This document shows, one piece after another, positions 24,301 through 37,839 of a DNA stretch of 64,000 nt. The number at the start of each line of letters is the position of its first letter. Position 1 is the first letter of the stretch. Below the pieces are notes generated by a model that made no database searches, was not told where the DNA came from, and saw only the letters and a list, made by a program, of their open reading frames with translations. Location of the stretch: NCBI GenBank assembly GCA_002633005.1, contig NMRA01000170.1, forward strand, positions 62,001 to 126,000, read 5' to 3'. The position numbers and the translations under genes are program-made. This DNA is from Phoronis australis (taxonomy: Eukaryota > Animalia > Phoronida).

Positions 24301-24897
24301 TTGTGTTGGAACTGGGTCCTATATTATTTCGGTTATTCATTTCTAGACCATAGGCCCACAGTACAGTTCATTATCATTGACAAGCTTTTTTGAACTACTG
24401 TCTGAATGTTATAGCAATGATAACCATTCAACTGTGTTCTAGTCACTTACCGTTTGTATGCCTTCAGTTTTAAAAGTGTCACTGCCAGAAGACATTGCTC
24501 TCAGTTTCACAGGTGGAAAAAAGCCCGTTATTCCTCTGGATTTTGAAATTTCCTTTGGCATTTTTATACTGGAGCAGTCGAACTCGACAATCTTAGCCGT
24601 TGTTGTAGGCCTTGCTTTGAATCTCTGTACATACTCAGTCGGAGAATTCGCGGACACGGGTGTGAATCTAGGAGACCTCTGGCAGATCTTGTGAGAATCC
24701 ATAGCGAATGTTGAGTATAAATGATCCGCTGTATCTGAGCCGTACACTGGTGGAATGCTCCGGTGTAACATTAAATTGTCAGCTCGTTGAACGCCTTGTG
24801 TCCGCTGGGACAACGGCGAGGTATTATATAGACGAGTCTGTGCTTGGTTCGAATCAACCACAGCCGTAGCAGTCGGATTAAGCTGTACCGATAACAT
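21320..24897 (-). CDS. Uncharacterised ~256-aa Ser/Pro/basic-rich protein, two coding exons
   Basis: Exon 24897-24451 (ATG in acaATG context, 149 codons, donor ACG|gtaagt) joins in phase 0 to exon 21643-21320 (acceptor tttatttttcag|GGA, 107 codons + TAA). Both segments are long stop-free, GC-richer frames; no domain recognised. Confidence 0.7.
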
Positions 24898-27628
24898 TGT
24901 TAATCCGAAATAAATAATGTATACTCTTCCTATCACATTGGGAATTCGCTTGGCTTCCTTTAGAATTGAACAGTCGTTGAGAAGGTGATCTAAACGTAAT
25001 GATACCCGTTTTCTCAATTGCTTCCTCTAGGCTCCTTTGCGCTGCGTTCTGGAGTGCGGGGAATATTCACCCTTCAGAGAACGATCACAAAGCTATTGTA
25101 AGGTTTCACGGGTCATAACAATGTAAATTATAGATCTTGGGTTGAGCTAGCAACGCTCTTCGAATGCTCTACTTGGCTATTAACGCTCATTCAAACACAC
25201 ATTCGCAAATCAATTTCTTACGTTAGCTCCAGTAACTTAAAGTCAGCTTCTTGCCTGCCACGGTTACGGCTAAAAGTCAATAACACTTCAGGTACCATGG
25301 CGTTTTTCCAATGAAAATCACATTAAACTGTAATATACGAGTCACAATGTATTTGTTGGATGGCTGTCAATGAACCATGTTTTCACCAATAACAAAATTT
25401 TATTGAGTCAACATGTAAGCCCTATTGTGTGCTCTGTATTGAGAATGTATTATCGGTATTTGGAAATGGAGAGACGCCCTATTAAGAAACACTACGTACG
25501 CATAAATTAAGAGCTAACGTAGAGAGGAAACCGAACTTTTACGATACCGTACTCGCGACACTCGTGTTTAACATAAACAGTATTGGGTCCTTTTTAACTG
25601 ACGTTTAAATATCAATGTAGGACATCGCTTATCAAAAAGTCTGTGTACTTACAAAACTATACATTTTGATTGTTACTCAGCAAAACCATGAACAGTATAT
25701 GAGTGTTTTCACAATGTAGAAATCTTGCCAAATTTGATTGTCTACTTCTTGTCAAACTGCCATTCAATTTTTTGGGTCAAGTGGGCATGCATTTTTATTA
25801 AAATTGAGCAAAACAGTCAAAACAACTGTACCAATAGCATGATTAAATTTTGTTTAATAGAAATGTTTAAGGTGAAATCTCCAAGGGAAACGCTGTTTGC
25901 AAAGGCACAATAAATTCCATCATTCTTCAGACAGAGAAGACCATGTCAGTCGGAAAGAAGTCCCTGTTAAGTTGATATCCGGCAATCTGCTATTTTAGGA
26001 TGCCAGATGTCCATCAACATTCGAAATATTGATTGATTGATTAACTAATTGATTTTACGTAAACTGAGCATACGATAATAATACATTACAATGTAATATA
26101 ATACAACATACTAATAGAGACAGACATACAAACTAAAATCAATCAATTTATTTCTGTAATAAATGCCATAGGCCCACTGTACAAGACAACAACATGTAAC
26201 ATACTTAAGAGTGTAGCAAGCTATGAAGGAGACGAAAAGCATAAAACTCATATTTACTTAGATCAACTAATTTAGCACCATCACTTGTTGACATTAATCT
26301 ATTAAGGTTGAAAAAAGACGAAAATTCCAGTAGGACACTTCAATATAATTTTCTCTCAGTTCAGAATATTTGTCACAGCTTAGAAGGAGATGGTACTCCA
26401 TCGTCTTCCACAACACCGAGACAGAAGGGACACACTTTGTTTGCCCTATCCAAATTTAAGTGCCTGCCTACTTCAATCATGAGACTGTGGCTAAAACAAC
26501 GAAAACGTGCCATGGACATAGTTTGTACACGGGGTATACTCAAACTTTAAATTTTTTCCAATTTTAAATTGATTATAAAAACACAGTTTAGGATTCTCTT
26601 AACACCTTTTTTCCATACTTGCAAATAACAATCCCTCGTTGTCTAAAAATTAGCAGAAAAGTATTTTCACACACAACGCCTTGATTTAACCAAGCTTCGT
26701 GGAATCCATTCTTTGACAATATTTCAGGAGTGCCGACCATTTTGATATGTTTTGTCAAATAAGACTATTGAAGGTTTACGTGAAAATACATTTAAAATTA
26801 AAGGACAGTTGACGTACGAAATGATGACAAGATAAATTACTTTTTCCATCGTTGTCTGTCCTATGAAAAGAAAGTTAAATATAAAGTAATTAGCTAAACG
26901 ATGCAGAAATATGTAAATGAGGATATGAACGAATAGATGAATAAATACACAAAGGTAAAGAAGAAAATAATTTCATATGAAGACAAATGCAAGTGAACTT
27001 GAAAAAGAGTATTATTAATTCCGAATCATCGGTACTGTTTCTTTTTTACAAGTGCATGTATGAGAACACACGCATACATATAAGTAATGTTTCTGTGTGC
27101 TAGTGCAAATTGATTATTGATTATTCATGGTGGACAAAGTTGCACGAGACGCAGCTTCATAGCACTGCACGAGTGTGTTGATTATTCATGCGCAGTATTA
27201 TTGCATTAGAATTGTTAACTGTTGAATCAATCGTGCCGCAATTGCGGTATTTGTGTTGTAACACGTGGAAACTTGTTGCGGTCAATTTCTTAACAGCTAT
27301 TTCTGAGGTAAAGAACCTCGTTTAAAGACAAAATAATAGACAGGCCTTCTCAGTTGAACTTATCGAAAGAAGAATAGCAGGCCTAACCGGTAAGGGCGCT
27401 GAACAAAAATGACCGAGCCCTGGCACCAAGGCCCTAACCGGCCCTGTTGCACAAGATTGGCTAATAATTCAACACCGCGCAGTTACCTCCGAACAAAAAG
27501 TGCACTGGACTCCCAAAGAGTAAATTTGATGTTGCATAAGATTTCCACTAATACTGTAACAGATGTGATCCCCAAATAAAAGTTCACTAGCTGACTACAA
27601 TAGGCAGTTGAATAATAATGCAATCAAA

Positions 27629-27880
27629 GGCCGGGGTCTAATAGTTGTACTCGAAATCGAACTCAGAATATTGTTTTTGATATTTTCTGTTCTACTTTTG
27701 CACGAACTCAAGAGAACTGAGTGGCTATTAATATGTGCTTGAGTACATTGCGGCATGTGAGTTTCTAGTCTAAGCTAGCACTCACTTGATAACCCTTAGA
27801 TTCGCGTTACAAACTCGAGTACGGGTCGAGATTTCGAGTAAAAACTCAAAAAAATTTTGAATTCATATTCGGAAATGCTA
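27629..27880. mobile_element. MITE-like repeat with CTCGA/AACTC motifs; an inverted partial copy lies at 29262-29360
   Basis: 27630-27750 (tgtactcgaaatcgaactc..ttctacttttgcacgaactcaag..tgcttgagtacat) aligns by eye to the reverse complement of 29262-29360. Confidence 0.65.
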
Positions 27881-28566
27881 CCCTAGAAGTTAGGCCTAGG
27901 GCCCTCTACAGTGCAAACTATGATTAAAAAGTTATCAAAGTAAAATAAACTTTAGGTAAACTTTATATGTGGAGAATTTCTCGCTTACACGTGACCGCTC
28001 TGATTCCCAGACAACTTACGATGCCTACTCAGCACGCCCTTTGTATTGAAGTAGCTCTGAGCTAATGAAGTGGAAAATTAAGGTAATTGTAGCATTACTG
28101 TCTCAACAATGGTTGTTGTTAGAACCCCCAATTTGGTTTTCTCTGACATTTGCGGAGTTATAGCCTGCAACTCTGGAGAGTAGTTTCAACTTGGTACATT
28201 ATAAATATTACAAAATGACTAAAAAGGTTAACTTGTGTTTATCTTCACAAAGGGCCACTTCCCAAAGGAACGATAAGTTTGATATTGGTTTTCTTTATTT
28301 AATTTTTAATGCTTCAGTCCACTTATTTTTTTTCTTACCGGGAGCGGGTTGATAACTTTTTATCTAAGTTTTGAACTTGAAGTACCAAAACAGTGGTAGA
28401 TTTGATCGCCAGCTAAATTAATTAGTTAAGTTCATTGTGAGCCCATCCCTAAACTTACCACATTACAGGTACAATAAACATTTCACGTGTCATTAAAGTT
28501 TAATCTTTATTAGAACTCAAATCATAACATTTTACCTAAACATCATTCAAGAATGAATGGACTCAC

Positions 28567-28676
28567 CAGAGACAGCCCAAGAGTTATTATCTCTGCGGCG
28601 AAGGATGTTGCTTGCAGTCACTGGTACGGTGCGCGACTTAAGACGCTCTGCGGCTGGGTTTAAGATCTTTTATAGG
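28567..28676 (-). promoter_or_regulatory. Putative TATA core promoter and short non-coding first exon
   Basis: Minus strand CCTATAAAAG (28676-28667), then about 100 nt of GC-rich sequence ending in a canonical donor CTG|GTGAGT (28567/28566). Confidence 0.45.
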
Positions 28677-31620
28677 CCTAAGTATCCCCAATTCTCGTAC
28701 CAGGATGAATTTCGAAATTAGAACTCAAATCATAAAATATTTACAGAAGTGCAAATATGGTGATAACCAAACTAAATATTTGGAATCTCTGGACAATTTC
28801 GGTGGCACTGACTATATAACTATTCTAGCTCTTTGTCAGTAATAAAAATGAAAAGTGGGCACAACAACTGATTCCTGGTCAAAAATCTGGTTCAACGATA
28901 TTGAAAGAATATTAAAAAATGAATCCATGTGATGNTATTGTTAACTCTGGTCAACGTTTGTATATCCACCGAGTATATCAATACGCGCGGTAGTTAATGG
29001 TTGTAGTTTTTAGATTATTAGTTCATCGATTTTTAAAAATCTAAAACCGTACTTCGTTGTTTTTTTCCAGCTGAATACCGCCGTGGTGTTCGTTTATAAC
29101 GAAAATTAGTGGTTAATACATTTTGAAGATTCGCCAGTCAGAGATGTCTAATACAGTTTATGGTCGGATAATTACATTTGTAATTGGGTCTTTCTCGCAT
29201 CGGGCAATGCGGTCTGATTCCCGCATGGTGAAATAACTTGAACTTATCCACATAAATCATTATGTACTCGAGCATACGATTCTTGAGTTTGCACAAAAGT
29301 AGAAGATGTCAAAAGTAATTTCGAGTTCGATTTCGAGCACAAAAATTAGATCCAGACTGAGTCCATACTTTAATTGATAGAGGCTAGCACGAATGATCAA
29401 TTTAGTCCACAATGGCGTTTTCTCAATAGACAAATGTGTGCTTGTTGTTTGCGTATAATCTGCTAGTATCAGTTCAACCTGTTTCGCCAGCTGGCTGAGA
29501 AAGCTAGGAGTCGGTATAACGTCGTAATAATTAGTGCCTTGTCGTAGCATCGGTAATCCATTGAAACAGGAAGAGATAGTTATCTCTTCCTGATTGAAAC
29601 AAAATGAGAACTCCGTGATCGTGTGGTTGGTCTTATTTTGGCCAACTTAGTCAACACGGTCTGAAAAGAACTGGGAGCCGTTTAATTGTTTAGACCTGTC
29701 TCTACACATGTTATGATCATCTCGGGTATTCAGTGAGCATGGTCTCCAGCAATAACAAACAGTCAGTTCTTAGCAATGGATGACATACTAGGTCAAGCAT
29801 GACGCAACTTTTTATCAAAATTTAGCTGGAGGCTACTGACCCCTCTCCCCTACGGACTAGACCAATTGTAGCCACTTTGCCGACGGCCTGGCTAACACTT
29901 CCTTCAAAATTATGGTTGAAAATTACAACATCCTAAATCCGCCAGTACACGAAATAATTGCAATAGGCAGTCTTCATACCAATTTATTTGTATCCTAAAT
30001 GTGTGCAGAAACTTCGCATTGCGAAAATAAACCGTAAGATTATGTAGAACCATAGAAAAAAATTCAAATTGAGTAATTTAGGAACATCATATCTATATGA
30101 AACTTGTTTCTACCTGCGTTCAAAGAAAACAAAATTTACGCACATGCGTTTCAGTGACCAACACGGCACACGCGTATTGCAGGGTGTTCGCGCCCGAGAC
30201 TTACGGTGTTGAATTAATATGCAAGACCGCAAAATTCTTCTTTATTCGACCATAGACTTCACATTGTTTATCGTGGATGCACCGTTTGTATACGCTTTAT
30301 GCACTGCTGTACGAAAGGGTGACAGTAATTGTTTTTAAAATATTCTTTTTTTGCACGAGAGTCTATCAAAAACAGGACTTAGTTGAATCACGAAAAATCC
30401 ACATTGAGAACACCATATTTCAGAAAAGGGCGACCGTATTCTTGTGAAACTTATAGATACTATTGTTGATGCACTGATCTACAACTAAGCTCCGATAGGA
30501 ATTGGTTTTAAAATGGCCCTTGTTACTCGAGTTACAGTGCCAAAAATCGGATTTCTGTGATTTTCATAAAAAACAAAGGTTGTATTAAAAGCGAAATGAT
30601 TCATTAAGATAACCAAGCTTGAACATTATCAAATAAACTTTGGTCACGTCTTTGACACCGCTGCTTTGCTAGGATGTTTAAAACCGAACATTTCGTCACT
30701 AACGGTTCTGGTTGTTCAATGTTATTCACAGAGGCTCCACGTGATCGACCGTCAGCCGGAGGCATTATGGACGATATTTGTCTTGATGCGACTCCACTGT
30801 AAACCATGCTGCTTGAATAATTACTAAGCAAGTAAGTACTGTTTGGAACAACAGAATTAACAAGTTTCAAATATTTTATTAACATGTCTATACAGAGACT
30901 GAAAATAATTTTGTTTTCCATCCAACAGCAACAATCAAAGTCCTAAAACGGATCTCACAAAATTTATTTTCACAATTTAGTTTACTTAACAAAAGTTTAC
31001 ATCAACAAAGTCAACTTACAACCTAAAGGATGCACCAATTTCCAAACTGGAAACTGAAAACCATGACGATGCAATTAAACAGTACAGGATCACCGGTAAT
31101 CAAGTACAATACAATACATAAATACAATGGTAAAATAAGTCAAAATCAGAAAAGAACAATAAACCAGCATTCCACCAAAGAAACTAGTTAAAAGGATACT
31201 AAACCCAGTTTTGACAATTTCAACCAATCTTCGTGCTGTCACCTCCTAATGTATCATTGCCGCCAATCTCCCAAGTTAAAGGCAGGAATCAACTAAAAAC
31301 TCATACTCCCTATGTCACAGATTAGACATTATAGTCCTTGGCAGGAGGTCACTTCCCACAGTTGCCTCACCCCTAAAAGCGTAAGTCATGCTTTCCCATT
31401 TAGCAAACTTTGAAAGGAGTTTTCAAAATTTTCTCCAAGCTTTTGAGGGTTGTTGAGGGTCACAGAGAATTACTGTTTCAGAGAATTGCATGGGTAAGTC
31501 GTTTTTAATAGACCAAAACCGGGTTTGGTATCCTTTTAATGAACAAGAATACATAATTCTGCTGAAACACTTAATTTCAACACTTCAAGGACTTTGTGCT
31601 TTGTCTTATCCCATCATTCT

Positions 31621-34600
31621 TCACTGTTCATCACCAGTTACAGAGTATGTGTTGAACACAGTGTTGATGAAGTTCCAATAATGCCACGAGATGGCGCCAA
31701 TCATCATAGCAAAGGACATGTAAAGGGGAAAGTAAGGACTAGAGGTGTTGAACTGATGACTAGTCTCGGTAAGAGAGAGACACCTGTTGACAATGCTACG
31801 AGTTGTCTTGGCACTTGGGTCACTGTCATGTATACGCAGGTTAATCTGTATCGGAAAAGAATAAGGACTATGAAATAATCACCTTTAATTAAAAATTCAT
31901 TTTAATGAATGAATAAACCATTGCAATTAATACTTTGACTATTTTGAAAACACAGGGTGTTTATGAGCAAATAACACAACACCCTTTTCAAAAGGAACAC
32001 GACAAGATTTTGATGGACACTTGCCACCTGATAGCAGTCATTAATAGGACAATCACTATCACTAACACCAAGTTTGAGATTTGATTTATTTCAAATGTAC
32101 TGAAAAACAACAACTGACCACATAGCCAAACTAGAGAAAAAAGTAAACATTGAATTGAAACCTCAAAAACAGTAGTTTTAAAAGGTTATAAAATAAGTTT
32201 ATTTTTCAAAAACTGAAACATTATTTATCCCCGACTCTGTGAGGCAGGTCAAGTAGTAGATATAACCTGACAACATCCTGGTCACTTCCACAATAAACCT
32301 GTGCACAAAGGGCCACTTGTCCCAGTACAAATTTCCCCAGGGCCAACTCCCCCTTGCTCAGCAGAGCATTCACACGATGCGAAGTCACCAGAGTAAAGTG
32401 TCTAATGTGAACTACTTGTCGCAAATAAGAAATACTTCCTCCTTCACGACACTTGTGTCAAACAAGCACTTCTAACGGGACAAGTCACACTCATTTGAAG
32501 AGGGGAGTGGTGTCAAGTCACTTAAGTTTCAGTTTTGTTCGCATGGTCACTTGCAACTGACTTAAGTGTTCCTGATGCAACTTGTACTGGAACACCTCCT
32601 CATATGAACACAATTTTACACATTGAGCTTGTTGCACCTGCTCTCACCTGTTGTGTAAAGTGATTCATAATGGCCTTCATACTGTCCAGGTGTGTGGACT
32701 CCATCATCATCCTGACAGCCTCACCTTTACGGATCTTCACAACACCGGTGAACACACATGGATTGTTGTAACACCGCTCTAGTGTACCTATGGCCATCAC
32801 CTGTAAAAATGAGGAAAGAGGGCGTGTCAAGCTGGCCAATGGAAGAAGGAGGATGAAGGGGAAATGCTACGGCTATAGAACTTAGGATGACGTTTTTGGT
32901 GAACAATCATTGCATCGTGCTAGAAAAGTACTGTATCCAAAACGTGGCGAGTTTAAAAGTATTTTGAATCCTTAATTTGACAATATTTATCATCAGTGTC
33001 AATTTTTTAGGCCGCAGTTTACTGCATTTTACTGCTTGTAACAGAGGTTGAATTGTGTCTTTTCCTTCCATGTAGCACTATCCTTACAATATTCCTTACT
33101 GTAACAAGAGTCTATTTCTGTTGTTAAATAGAGTCACAGGCAATATGTACATGCACCATGTTTGAATTCGCAACTTCAAGGCCAACACCAATAAACTCTG
33201 AAGCACTTTATCCAGTCATTGAATGTTTTGATTTTTCTACTCACAACACAAATACAATCCTATCAAGATATGGAATATTATGAGACCCATTTATGAGTCA
33301 GAGTAAAAGGGCAAATTCGATTTTCGTTTAAAGCCAGCTAAATAAGGCAAAATGCAGCTTAACAAAATTTGTCAAAAGTGCTCTTTTGTTCAGTTAGTGG
33401 AAGACAAATATAAGAAGGTTAAGCAGTACACAAATGACCTACTTTAGGTTAACACGTTAATAGACCTAAGGATCTCCTGAAGGTACTTGAAGTGTTTAAG
33501 CAGCGTGTTTGAACAAGCAAGTTATTGTTCAGCATCTATGCATCTATGTCCCCTCACATAACCCAAATTACAATTATTATACTACCATTTGAATAAAACG
33601 GCACTGAGTTCGTTTGAAAGAATGTTCCACAATTTTATACGATTTGAATTTCTTAACGACCCCAAAACTCATTCATTTCATACCAAGCAAGTTCACAGGA
33701 ACTAGCTTCAATGGAAATAATTTTCAGAACAAGGAAATTTTGGACACAGCCAGCTCTAGCAAAGAACGGTCTGTGCATAGATGGCCAAAGGCTAATCACC
33801 ACGCTGTTCACGACTTAACACATGCAAAGACTTTTCATAAGCCGCACTGCCTCACCTGAGGTATTGCACAGAAGTTGAAGACACTCTGGTTCTTGATTCT
33901 CGACATGTAGGTAATCACGTCAGGTATATGGTGCAGGGCATTAGTTATTAGTTCATTCAGGCAGGCGACGGCCTTCTGTCTGTTTTGTGAAAGCTTCAGT
34001 TCAGCTAGGGTTGAGGCATATTTACTCCATGTCTATGGAAAACATAATACCACAATATTTATAGATATGTCATGTTGAACACTATGCACCCTAACTAAGA
34101 TGTAAATTATGGTCGCCAGCCAACACATTCTAACTCTTTTGCCAGTATCCAGTCCTTAGAACACCACGACCCCGCCGCATGATTGTTTTCTAGCAGAGTT
34201 GAGGCAATAAAAGGAGCACCAAATGCTCAAAATCCACTACTTTTTAAAACAAATGCAACACATATCCATTTCTTGCACACAACCCATTAATATTTGTTCA
34301 ACGTTATAGATTCATATTTAATGGCAAGTCACAATTTGTCAAATCTCAAAATTTTCAAAATGTCACAAGGAGGTCTTAATTGTCACAGCTTTTTAGTGGT
34401 GTTTGCATGACTAATATATAAAGTCACATCAACTTTGCTTTTGTCGCATATGTGAGACACAATATTTGTCAGTGATAATGATGAATTCCACAATTTTACA
34501 ATTTGTGAATGAAGAACAACCACTTAGTGTAGCATGAAATAACCCAAAACACTAACAGCCTACTTGGCTCAGCAAATTTTTCCACATGTTGTCACAGAAT

Positions 34601-37205
34601 TCTCAAAATGTCACAGAATTTCAGGCAAGCAAGTTTTGACACCATGTCACAGGGTATCTATCACAATGTGCCATCGTTGGCAAGAGCCCGTCTCGCATTC
34701 CTGCTCTTAAAACAGATTCTGATACTGACAGGCCTACTTGCCACCAAACCCTACTTACAGCTCTCGGCCAAAATTCCCTTTTATCGTTGATATCCTCCAG
34801 GTAATCACGAATGATGTTTGTTTTCTGCAGGAACAGTCCCATGGAGTTGGCCAGTTCCGTATCCTCGCCAACGATGGGATCCTCAAGTTCAGATGCCGAG
34901 AAAATCCTGGATAGCCCAATACCAACTAAACCGGCCACGTAGTGGCAGTACTGGGAAAAAAGTAAAGGAAAATTAAATGTACAGTCACAAAAATGAAATG
35001 AATAATCTTAAATTTAGGGATGTAGTACAGAAACTTTCATAAACCACGAAGATTAGCCAAGTCTTCAAGAGATATCACAATGCATTTACAAGCTTTACAT
35101 GCAAGGGTCTTGCATGTATAGAACTCAACCAAATGCTGTGTATTACCTCATCCCACTCCTCTGTGGAGCCTATCTTCCCCTCCAGGAACACAGTCATACC
35201 CACGCCCATTTTGTGACAAATGTCCGAGATAACATCCTGGTAGATAGGTGCCAACTGACGGAACTCAAACGATATCTGAAATTAATGTTTACAGCAATTA
35301 AAAACACAATCTAGTTCTACCAGATGCCTAGGTATGAAGCCAGCAGCCCACTCAGGGAAGACACCCACACCTCTATGAGATACACTGGGGTAAAACACTA
35401 ATGCCCAAAACATCAAACTAGAATGTGAGAGAAGCTTGCCTTATCCATTACAAAATCGCTGATTGCGGCATATATTGAATTGAGCATTAACAGTGAAATG
35501 AACTTACAATAGGGCTAAGATACACAAAAACACCAGTCCAACTGAAACACACATATGAAATACAGTAAAAACAGTAAAACTAACACAATTTTGATGCACA
35601 AAAGTTGAATTTTTGTTTTTTTCAGATGAAATTGTTTTTTTACCCAATTCTCATATACACTTTAGCTAGATTTCAACCAACGTATCCAAAATATACAGAA
35701 AATCTCACCAATTTCAAAAATAAATAATAGCAAGAAGTGGCCTTTATTATTTGCAAAACCTTGCGTTGTTGTGAATGTCCACAATTTTTTAAAACACTGC
35801 GACATGTTAGCTGAGAATTATAACATGAAAATAGTATATAAACATTACTGCAGAATCAGATTTTTACAAATTTTACTGTCTTGCCAGTGTTATTTTACTT
35901 CAAGTGTCTTACTGTTGGGAAGTCCTCCAGCACAAGTTTGTCTTTTTCATTACTGTCCATGAATTTCCACTCAGGATCTTGTAAATAAGTGTAGAACTCT
36001 TTCAACATAGGAACTTTTATGGTATTGGCGATAGTCATATCATCTTCCACAGTATCAAGTGCCCGTAAAACCAAGTAGAATATACAGATGGCATCCCTAG
36101 AACAAAAATACAATTGGTTCTCCAATACAAATTAAATGTCAAATTATTTCAAAGGGTTAAAGTGAAAATCTCCCAGTTCGGAACGGTCTCTCAAATTTTG
36201 AACACAGAAATTAAAGAGAAAATTGAATTTTGTTCACCCTGAAGATTGGGACATGGGTGACTTTGGCATCTTTTTATATACAACTTTACAATGACTTCTT
36301 TTTTTAAATGTCCTAAATTGGGAGTTGTACTTTTGTGTCACTGACAGAAGATGTGGAATTTTCATTAACATATATAGCAAAATTTTTCAGGTCTTGTCCT
36401 TCAATTTTGCCAAAAACATGCACTATCCACATTTGAAAGCTCCTTTGACTAATAAATTTCCAGCCTTATTTAAGATCCATTGATCAACTAAAATCCGAAA
36501 ATAACACTCTGATCTAGTACATGCAGAATGAAAAAATGAACTAGCAGCTTGAAACTTGCTAAAACAATTACTATCCGGTGACAGCAAGACAGTCATATTA
36601 ACATCATTTCAACATCTGACCCAACATGTCTTACCGCAGTTCGCCGTCCAAAGCCTGGATTACTGCAGCAAAACTTCTGCTAGTTTTCTTCAAGTATTCA
36701 TAGCACTTCTGCAGTGTAGGTGACATGGAGGCCTAAAATAAGAATAGCGTAGCATTCATTAGGAATTTGTTTCTTTCAAGATGAAACCTTTAAGACCTAT
36801 ACATCCCCAATTTAATGAAGTGTACAACACTGTAAACTTCAAATATCAAGTTAGTGGTGAAGAATCTTCTTGTGGCAATTAGTGAAATCCATTCACTTTA
36901 TGGCTTTATCCTGAACATCAAAGATGTATTACTATGTTCTTACTTTCATTCATAAAATTATCTTTGCCCGATACTGTTGTTAAATCCGTACTGTAGTAAA
37001 TTTAGCCCACCTTGCTGTCAGATCCCCTTGGTGAAAATACAACCATATTCAAAAATCAAAATACGAAGCTAACACAAAATTAATCAAAGGTGTTATACAA
37101 ACTTACAAAATTGCACTTGGGCATAACTGCTTCACAACCTCCAATTTTAAACTTGAGTAAAGCGAGGACCTCATCTGGGTGTGTGATTGACTTGAACAGA
37201 TCCAT
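31621..37205 (-). CDS. FDFT1: Squalene synthase (farnesyl-diphosphate farnesyltransferase), 418 aa, 8 coding exons
   Basis: Exons 37205-37107, 36732-36635, 36096-35913, 35275-35147, 34950-34759, 34032-33856, 32800-32648, 31845-31621. Motifs [70 protein letters not shown], plus a C-terminal TM anchor. Confidence 0.98.
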
Positions 37206-37839
37206 GGTAACACACTGTAGCTGTGACAACCAAGCGAACCACTGAAATAACACAAAAAATCATCATAAATCTTGTGTTGACTAATCAAGAACAAGTTTGA
37301 ATATTTCAAAGGGCAGTCCGACAGTAGTCGATTTTGCTGCTGTCAGTAAACTTTGTCAGTTTCTCAAGCATGTTGATGTACAGTCCAACAATTAATTAGA
37401 TAGGCCTCTCAAAATTTTTCCCTAACCGTCAATATTTGGCCACTCAGTGGACACTCAACTCATATACCTGTGGCCAAGTTTTGACCCTGACCATGGACAA
37501 GTGGATTCTTGTACAATGTCAATGGTGCCAATGATGCAGATCCATGATTGCCCAGATAATAGAATAAGAGAAGATGGATGAGCTCTCCACATGCACAACC
37601 AACTTGCCGGACAGTCCAGCACAGTGAATTGTCACTGAAAGCAACTTCCAGGACACATCCTGGTGTTGGTGAAGGGAAACGGGCCTAGGGTTAAATTGCG
37701 TTCCGTAGACCCGGCCATTATCCCATTAAGAAGAGTGAACACAGTTGTGCCGCTAGAAATTTTCTCTTATGGAACAAAAAAATGGAGTGCATCCTGGTTC
37801 AAAATCCTAACCTCATCCTCAGATAAAAGTCTATCTGAG

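Noticed and set aside
24898-25017. N-terminal extension of the orphan ORF from TTG at 25017
   Set aside because: Non-ATG start; the first in-frame ATG with good context is 24897, so the extension is more likely 5' UTR.
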